Source of the DNA: Cellulomonas sp.
GTDB lineage: Bacteria > Actinomycetota > Actinomycetes > Actinomycetales > Cellulomonadaceae
Length of the DNA: 64,000 nucleotides
Assembly: GCF_035634735.1 (NCBI RefSeq)
Contig: NZ_DASQCJ010000002.1
Span: 5,337-69,336, forward strand
Direction: 5' to 3'
In this document: positions 58,103 to 64,000 of the stretch, piece after piece
Layout: the number at the start of each line of letters is the position of its first letter
Numbering within the stretch: the first letter of the stretch is position 1
The notes under the pieces: generated by a model
Databases searched by the model: none
Seen by the model: only the letters and a program-made list of their open reading frames with translations
What the model was told of the DNA's origin: nothing
Program-made: the position numbers and the translations under genes

Positions 58103-58591
58103 ATGACCGGCACCACGCCCGCCCAGGCCGGGACCGTGAACGACGCCCAGGAGCTGACGCCCAAGGACCGCACCCGCGCCGCCGCGAGCGCGCTCAGCAC
58201 CGAGCGCGGGACCACCACGATCGCCGACACGGTGGTCAGCAAGATCGCCGGGATCGCGGCGCGCGACGTCGCCGGCGTGCACGACGTCGGCGGCGGCGCC
58301 CAGCGCGCCTTCGGCGCCCTCCGCGAGCGCATCCCGGGCGGGTCGACCAACTACTCGCAGGGCGTCAGCGTCGAGGTCGGCCAGTCCGAGGCGGCCGTCG
58401 ACGTCGACATCGTGGCGGAGTACGGGGTCGCGATCGCCGACGTGGCGGAGGCGGTGCGCCGCTCGATCGTCACCGGCATCGAGCGGATGACCGGGCTCCG
58501 CGTCATCGAGGTGAACGTCAGCGTGAACGACGTCTGGCTGCCGCAGGACGACGAGCAGGACGGCGAGCCCGCGCAGCCGCGGGTCCAGTGA
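58103..58591 (+). CDS. Asp23/Gls24 family envelope stress protein
   Basis: GTTTIADTVVSKIAGIAA, GVSVEVG, AVDVDIVAEYG, MTGLRVIEVNVSVNDV. Confidence 0.93.
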   Translation: MTGTTPAQAGTVNDAQELTPKDRTRAAASALSTERGTTTIADTVVSKIAGIAARDVAGVHDVGGGAQRAFGALRERIPGGSTNYSQGVSVEVGQSEAAVDVDIVAEYGVAIADVAEAVRRSIVTGIERMTGLRVIEVNVSVNDVWLPQDDEQDGEPAQPRVQ

Positions 58592-58968
58592 CCGGGCGCG
58601 CGCTGCCGGCGCCGGCGGCGGACCCGGCGGCGGACCCGGCGGCTGCGGCCGCCCACGCCGTGCGGGCCGCCGCGCTCGCGGTGCCGGGCGTGGTCCGGCT
58701 CAGCGCCGGCCCGCTCGGCGAGGTCGGGACGTACCTGGCGGGGGAGCGGGTCGCCGGCGTGCGCCTGGCGCCGGACGGCGTGCACGTGCACGTCGTCGTG
58801 GTCGCCGACCTGCCGATCCCGGGGACCGCCGCCGCGGTGCGGGCCGCGGTCGCGGCGGCCGCCGGGGACGGGTCGCCGGTGCACGTGCACGTCGAGGACG
58901 TGGACCCCGCGGGGCAGCAGCCCCGCGGGTCGCAGGTCCCGCACCGCGGGACCGGGAAGGACGCGTGA
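58588..58968 (+). CDS. Asp23-like protein
   Basis: AVRAAALAVPGVVRL, VHVHVVV, VHVHVEDV. Confidence 0.7.
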   Translation: MTGRALPAPAADPAADPAAAAAHAVRAAALAVPGVVRLSAGPLGEVGTYLAGERVAGVRLAPDGVHVHVVVVADLPIPGTAAAVRAAVAAAAGDGSPVHVHVEDVDPAGQQPRGSQVPHRGTGKDA

Positions 58969-59150
58969 TGAGCTCGATGACGACGACCGGCCTGCTGGCC
59001 GGCCTGCTGCTGGCGGTGGCGATCACCACCGGCGGCCTGGTGGGCTTCCTGCTGGCCCTGGTGCTCGGCGGCCTCGGCCTGGTGGTGGGGGCGCACGCCG
59101 ACGGGCGGATCGACCTCGGGGCGGTGCTCGGGGGGCGGCGCCGTGGCTGA
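58965..59150 (+). CDS. Small membrane protein (DUF2273-like)
   Basis: 61 aa, hydrophobic, GLLAGLLL...GFLLALVLG...DGRIDL; position typical of asp23 operons. Confidence 0.75.
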   Translation: MMSSMTTTGLLAGLLLAVAITTGGLVGFLLALVLGGLGLVVGAHADGRIDLGAVLGGRRRG

Positions 59151-59517
59151 CGTCCTGGTCCCCGCGCGGACTCAGGTGCCGACCGCGGCGCACGCGGTCG
59201 GCGGCCGGGTGACGATCGCGGACCGCGTCGTGGCCCGGGTGGCCCACCGCGCGGCCGCGCGCGCCTCGACGCCGGTCCGCCGGGGTCCCGTGGGCACGGA
59301 CCTCCCGCACGTCGACGTCGAGGTGGCCGGCCGGCGGGTGCGGGTGGCGGCGCGGGTGGCCGGGGCCTGGCCCGAGCCGGCCGCCGACGTCGCCGCGCGG
59401 GTCGCGGGCGCGGTGCGCGCGGAGCTGGAGGGGCTGGTCGGGGTCCGGGTCGACGACGTGCTCGTCACCGTCGAGGCCGTCGTGGCCGCGACCGAGGCGC
59501 GCCGGAGGGTGTCGTGA
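59143..59517 (+). CDS. Asp23-like protein
   Basis: GGRVTIADRVVARVA, VRAELEGLVGVRVDDVLVTV. Confidence 0.75.
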   Translation: MADVLVPARTQVPTAAHAVGGRVTIADRVVARVAHRAAARASTPVRRGPVGTDLPHVDVEVAGRRVRVAARVAGAWPEPAADVAARVAGAVRAELEGLVGVRVDDVLVTVEAVVAATEARRRVS

Positions 59518-60083
59518 GCGCGGCCGCGGCCCACGTGGCCCCGCCGGTCCCGGCGGCGCGGCCGGCCCGGCGCGCGGGCGCCGCCCGGGTGCTGGGGGTG
59601 GTGCTGGCGGTGCTGCTGGTCCTCGCCGGCCTGGTGCTGGCGCGCGAGGCGCTGGCCGCCGCGTCGCGGCTGGGCCTGCGCCCGTCCCAGGCGTGGCTGC
59701 CCGGCGTGCTCCGGGCGGTCGACGGCCGCCCGGTCGACACCACCGTCGCGGTGGTCGGCGGTGTGCTCGCGCTGCTGGGCCTCCTGCTGCTGGTCGCCGC
59801 GTGGCGGCGTGGCCCGGCCGACGTGGGGCTGCGCGAGGCGCCGGCCGCGCGGCTGGGTCCGGAGGACGTCGCGCGGCTGTCGTCCGCGACGGCGGAGGAC
59901 GTCGACGGGGTGCTGCGGGTCGCGTCGACGGCGACGGCGCGCGCCGTGCAGGTCCGTGTGCTCGGGACGGGGTCGCCGGGCCTGGCCGAGGAGGTGCGCT
60001 CCGCCGTCGAGGACCGGCTGGCCGGGCTCGACCCGGTGCCGCGGGTGCGCGTCGCCGTGCGGGACAGCGGGGCCGGGCGGTGA
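59514..60083 (+). CDS. Membrane-anchored protein of the Asp23 cluster (DUF6286-like)
   Basis: Two TM helices, then AEDVDGVLRVA... and VRVRVAV. Confidence 0.7.
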   Translation: MSAAAAHVAPPVPAARPARRAGAARVLGVVLAVLLVLAGLVLAREALAAASRLGLRPSQAWLPGVLRAVDGRPVDTTVAVVGGVLALLGLLLLVAAWRRGPADVGLREAPAARLGPEDVARLSSATAEDVDGVLRVASTATARAVQVRVLGTGSPGLAEEVRSAVEDRLAGLDPVPRVRVAVRDSGAGR

Positions 60084-60670
60084 GCGCGCGGCGCGGCACC
60101 GGCCTCGACCGCACGGTGCTCACCGTGCTCGGCCTGGTGCTGCTCGTCGCGGGCGGGCTCGCGCTCGCCGCCGGCGCGGGCTGGACGTCCGGGGCCCGGG
60201 TGGGGTCGGTCGGCCTCGACCCGTCGACGGTGGACGTGAGCGGCGCGGTCACGGCGACGGGCCGCTCCTGGTGGGCCGGTGCGTGCGCGGTCGCCGCGGT
60301 CGGGCTGGTCGTCCTCGGCATGCTCTGGCTGCTCCGGCACCTGCCGCCGGGCGGCCTGCCCGACCAGGCGCTCCCCGGGTCGCGCACCGGCGAGCGGCTG
60401 CGCGTGGATCCCGGCGCGGTGGCCCGGGGCGCGGAGGACCGGCTGGAGGCGGACCCGCGGGTCCGCGGCGCCCGGCTCGCCGTGCGGCGCGAGCGCGCGG
60501 GGCTGGTGCTCGCCGGGGAGGTGAAGGTCGACGCCCGGGTCGACCTGCCAGAGGTGGCGGCGCTGGTCGACCGGGTGCTGCGCGAGGCGGCGGGGGTCCT
60601 CGGGTCGCCGCTGGCCGGGCGGGTGCGGCTGCGGGTCGGCCGGCGTCGGGCGCGCGGGCCGGTGGCCTGA
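60080..60670 (+). CDS. amaP: Alkaline shock response membrane anchor AmaP-like protein
   Basis: LDRTVLTVLGLVLLVAG, two TM helices, C-terminal alpha/beta domain; last gene of the Asp23 operon. Confidence 0.65.
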   Translation: MSARRGTGLDRTVLTVLGLVLLVAGGLALAAGAGWTSGARVGSVGLDPSTVDVSGAVTATGRSWWAGACAVAAVGLVVLGMLWLLRHLPPGGLPDQALPGSRTGERLRVDPGAVARGAEDRLEADPRVRGARLAVRRERAGLVLAGEVKVDARVDLPEVAALVDRVLREAAGVLGSPLAGRVRLRVGRRRARGPVA

Positions 60671-60692
60671 CCGCGGCGCCGGCGCCCGCCCG

Positions 60693-61793
60693 TCAGCCCA
60701 CGGACAGGCGGAGGTCGCCCGGGTGACCGAGCAGCCCGCCCAGGCGGGCGGCCTCCGCCGCGAGCGCGTCGGCGGGGGGCGCCCCGGCCTCGGGGAACCA
60801 CGTCACCTCGACCGCCCCCGGCCGCGCGGCCCACGTCCCCGCCACCACCCCGCCGCGCAGCACGAGCGGCGCGCCGCGCGTGACGCCCGGCCGTCGGGCC
60901 GCGGGCACGACCCGGGTGTCGGCGGTCCCCGGCCCGAGCACCCACTGGTCGTGCCCGGCGAGCAGCGTGACCGCGTCGGTCGGCTCCGCCGCCTCGACCT
61001 CGGCCACGTGCTCGCGCAGCAGCAGCGCCGGCTCCCCGTCGACGGCCACCTCGGCCGCGGCGTCCGCCAGCACCTCGTCCGTCCAGCGCTCGACCCGCCG
61101 GCGGCCCGCGCTGAGGCCGTCGGCGAGCCAGTAGTGCAGGTTCGCCCGGGTCGCGGGCCCGTACGCGGCGAGGTAGCCGGCGACGGCCCTGCGCCCCGCC
61201 TCGTCCAGGTCGGGCAGGCCGCGCCACGCCGGGCTCGCGGCCGGCGAGGCGAGCGTCGGGCGGCCGTCCACCGCCGGCCCGAAGCACAGCTCGCCGTGCC
61301 AGGCCATCGGCTTGAGCAGCGTCATGCTCGGGTGCAGCAGCGCCGGCCCGAGGTGGGCGAACCGCGGGACCGCGGCCACCGCGGCGGCGAACGCCTCGCG
61401 GTCCAGCGGGCCGTCGGCGAGCGCGGCGCGGACCGCGTCGAGCAGCGCCGGCCAGTCGTCGGGCCGGAGGTCGTAGTGCTCCTGCCAGCTGCGCAGCGCC
61501 CACTGCCGGCTCGCGGTCCGGACGGCGAGCAGCACGCCCGCCTCGTCGGCGGCGAGCAGGTGCGTCGAGCCGCGGAGGGCGAAGGTGCGGATCAGCTCGC
61601 CCGAGGCGACGGCGGCGGCGACGGCGTCCGGGGCCGGGTCGGCCAGCCGCCGGCGCACCGCGAGGTCGGGGTCCCCGGACCAGGCGGGGACCGCCCCGAG
61701 GTGGCGCACGACGTCGGCGGCGGTCGCCGCGCCGGGACCGAGGTGCTGCCGGCCGAGCCGCCACGCCAGCGCCTGCGCCGACGAGATCGTCAT
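60693..61793 (-). CDS. AlkZ/YcaQ-like winged-helix (HTH_42) protein
   Basis: ALAWRLGRQHL, LIRTFALRGSTHL, GELCFGP, YLAAYGPAT, VLRGGVVAGTW; catalytic QxQ not evident. Confidence 0.8.
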   Translation of the reverse strand: MTISSAQALAWRLGRQHLGPGAATAADVVRHLGAVPAWSGDPDLAVRRRLADPAPDAVAAAVASGELIRTFALRGSTHLLAADEAGVLLAVRTASRQWALRSWQEHYDLRPDDWPALLDAVRAALADGPLDREAFAAAVAAVPRFAHLGPALLHPSMTLLKPMAWHGELCFGPAVDGRPTLASPAASPAWRGLPDLDEAGRRAVAGYLAAYGPATRANLHYWLADGLSAGRRRVERWTDEVLADAAAEVAVDGEPALLLREHVAEVEAAEPTDAVTLLAGHDQWVLGPGTADTRVVPAARRPGVTRGAPLVLRGGVVAGTWAARPGAVEVTWFPEAGAPPADALAAEAARLGGLLGHPGDLRLSVG

Positions 61794-61910
61794 GCCCGCC
61801 AGCGTAGGACCGGGGACCGACACCCGGTCGTGCCGCGGGGGGACCCCGCCCGCCCGGGCCGGTCCCGCGGGCGGATCCGCGCGGGTCGCCCGTGGTGGTG
61901 ACCTGGGGGC

Positions 61911-63017
61911 ATGCCGCACCCGTCCCCGTCGCGCGCCGTCCCCGCGCCCGCCGTGCCCGCCCCCGCCGTGCCCGCCGGAGCCGCCGCACCCGCCCCGCCC
62001 GCCCCGGGCCCGCAGCCGACCCGCTGGCGGTTCCTCGACTCGCTCCGCGGGTTCGCGCTCCTCGGGATCCTGCTGGTCAACGCCGTCGACCTCACCGAGG
62101 TGACGATGCACCGCGCGGGCGGCGCCGCCGTCGCCGACCCGGTCCGCGACGCGCTGCACCTCGCCGTGCAGACCCGGTTCGTGCCGATCTTCGAGCTGCT
62201 GTTCGGCATGAGCCTGTGGTTCGTGCTGTCGGGCGCCCGGCGGCGCGCGGCACGGGCCTGGGTGGTGCCCGCGCGGCGGATGGCGGCGGTGGCGCTGATC
62301 GGCGCGGCGCTCATGGCCGTCTACCCGGGCAACATCCTCGTCGAGTACGGCGTGGTCGGCCTGCTCGTCCTGCCCGTCGTGGCGCTCGCCCCCCGCGGGG
62401 TGGTGCTCGGCCTGGGGGTGGTGCTGACGGGCGCGGCGTACGCGTTCGCGGGCGGCGGGCTCGCCGCGACGCCCGGCCTGGTGCTCGCCGGCGCGGGGGC
62501 CGCGGCGTACGGGCTGCCCCGGGCGCTCGAGACCCGCACCCGGGGCGTCGCGCTCGTGTGCGCCGCCGCCGCGGTGCTCGCGGTGCCCGCCCTGGCGTGG
62601 CAGCTGACCCAGCCCGGCGACCCGCGGTTCACCACCGCCGGCGGGGTCGCCGGCCTCGTGGTGGCGGTGCTCTGGACGACCGGGCTGGCCCTGCTCTGGC
62701 GCACCCCGGCGCGGCGCGCGATCGCCTGGTTCTTCGAGCCGCTGGGCCGGATGGCGCTCAGCGGGTACGTCGGGGCGGCGGTCGTCCTGGCGCTCGCGGC
62801 CCGGGTGGTCGACTTCGGGTCGATGGCGACGGTGACGCCGGTGGTGCTGCTGTGCGTCCCGCTGATCGTCGCGCAGTCCGTGCTCAGCCGGCTGTGGCTG
62901 CGCCGGTGCGCGTACGGCCCGGTCGAGTGGGCGCTGCGGTGCGCGACCTGGTGGCGTGCGGTGCCCCTGCGCGCCGACCCCGCCGCTCGGCAGGAGCCGC
63001 GCCCGGCCCGCGGCTAG
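61911..63017 (+). CDS. DUF418/YeiB family membrane protein
   Basis: LDSLRGFALLGILLVN, FELLFG, LGRMALSGY, YGPVEWALR. Confidence 0.88.
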   Translation: MPHPSPSRAVPAPAVPAPAVPAGAAAPAPPAPGPQPTRWRFLDSLRGFALLGILLVNAVDLTEVTMHRAGGAAVADPVRDALHLAVQTRFVPIFELLFGMSLWFVLSGARRRAARAWVVPARRMAAVALIGAALMAVYPGNILVEYGVVGLLVLPVVALAPRGVVLGLGVVLTGAAYAFAGGGLAATPGLVLAGAGAAAYGLPRALETRTRGVALVCAAAAVLAVPALAWQLTQPGDPRFTTAGGVAGLVVAVLWTTGLALLWRTPARRAIAWFFEPLGRMALSGYVGAAVVLALAARVVDFGSMATVTPVVLLCVPLIVAQSVLSRLWLRRCAYGPVEWALRCATWWRAVPLRADPAARQEPRPARG

Positions 63018-63057
63018 GCTCGAGGGCACCCGCGCCGCCGACGACGAGGACACCCCG

Positions 63058-64000
63058 ATGGCCCGGACCAGTGACGACGTCGCCCTCGAGGACGCGCTCG
63101 ACCCCCTCGTGGTGGCGATGGACATCGGCTCCACCGCGACCCGCGGCGGCGTGCACGACGCCGCCGGCCGTCCGGTGCACGGGCTGCAGCACAAGGTGCC
63201 GCACGCGTTCACCGTCGCGCCGGACGGCACCTCGGTCATCGACCCCGACCAGGTCGTCGACGAGGTCGGGCGGGTGCTGGACGCCGTGGCCGGTGACCGG
63301 AGGCTCGGGACCCGCGTGGCGGGCGTCGCGCTCGACACGTTCGCCGCGTCCCTGATCGCGGTCGACGCCGCGGGCCGCGCGCTGACCCCGTGCCTCACGT
63401 ACGCCGACGCGCGCAGCGCCGCCGCCGTGGCCGCGCTGCGCGCGGAGCTGGACGAGCGCGCGGTGCAGCAGCGCACCGGGACCCGGATCCACACGAGCTA
63501 CCACGCGCCCCGGCTGCGCTGGCTCGCGACCGCCGAGCCGCGGGTCGCCGCCGCCGCGGCCGCGTGGTGGTCGCTCGGCGAGTACGTGTACGCGCGGCTC
63601 GTGGGGGAGCCGCTGGCCGGCACCTCGACCGTGGCGTGGACCGGGCTGCTCGACCGGCGCACGGGCGCCCTGGACGCCGAGCTGCTGGCGGCGGCGGGCG
63701 CGGGGCCCGGCGCGTTCTCCCCGCCGCGCGACACGTCCGCCCCCGCGACGCCCGTCGCCCCGGCCCGCTGGCCCGCCCTCGCCCGCGCCGCCTGGTTCCC
63801 GGTGGTCACCGACGGCTACGCCAGCAACGTCGGGTCCGGCGCGACGGACGCGACCGTGATGACCGCGTCGACGGCGACCTCCGGCGCGCTCCGGGTGCTG
63901 CTCGACGGGCCGGCCGACCCGCTGCCCTTCGGGCTGTGGAACTACCGCGTCGAGGCGGGCCGGACGCTGCTGGGCGGGGCGATCAACGACGTCGGCCGCG
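63058..64000 (+). CDS. FGGY-family carbohydrate kinase (gluconokinase-like), 3' partial
   Basis: AMDIGSTATR, TYADARS, HTSYHAPRLRWL, DGYASNVGSG, TSGALR, GGAINDVG; runs off the window. Confidence 0.85.
   Translation, partial: MARTSDDVALEDALDPLVVAMDIGSTATRGGVHDAAGRPVHGLQHKVPHAFTVAPDGTSVIDPDQVVDEVGRVLDAVAGDRRLGTRVAGVALDTFAASLIAVDAAGRALTPCLTYADARSAAAVAALRAELDERAVQQRTGTRIHTSYHAPRLRWLATAEPRVAAAAAAWWSLGEYVYARLVGEPLAGTSTVAWTGLLDRRTGALDAELLAAAGAGPGAFSPPRDTSAPATPVAPARWPALARAAWFPVVTDGYASNVGSGATDATVMTASTATSGALRVLLDGPADPLPFGLWNYRVEAGRTLLGGAINDVGR

Overview
Very GC-rich actinobacterial chromosomal window (my impression is Micrococcales, Cellulomonas-like; not verifiable here) with about 70 real genes. Most long ORFs in the track are antisense or alternate-frame shadows. 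Housekeeping and accessory content includes a PBP transpeptidase, CBS/CorC protein, ABC exporters, a csoR-copZ-copA(-cutC) copper locus with its operator, udgB, a Sua5/YciO protein, an EF-G paralogue, FKBP, an IdeR-boxed siderophore-interacting protein, a bile-salt-hydrolase-like Ntn hydrolase, a LacI/sugar-ABC/GH1 locus and an ECF sigma/Asp23 cluster. The best candidates for something new are: (1) a six-gene operon placing a small membrane protein and a TctA-like carboxylate permease upstream of only the lower mevalonate pathway (mvk-mvaD-pmk-fni), with no HMG-CoA synthase or reductase, i.e. a candidate mevalonate uptake/salvage system; (2) a c-di-GMP-I riboswitch controlling only a 56-aa orphan ORF; (3) a compositionally atypical 3-gene island with an HTH plus AbiEii/MenT-like nucleotidyltransferase pair (13-bp inverted-repeat operator) and a DUF4041/T5orf172-type protein; (4) an OmpA-domain lipoprotein with YGDGSG repeats co-oriented with a two-component system; (5) a decaying toxin-antitoxin patch next to a 44-45-bp tandem array; (6) four nested double-palindrome intergenic elements. 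No rRNA, tRNA, integrase, transposase or CRISPR array was recognised. All family names come from motif recognition and recall, not database searches.
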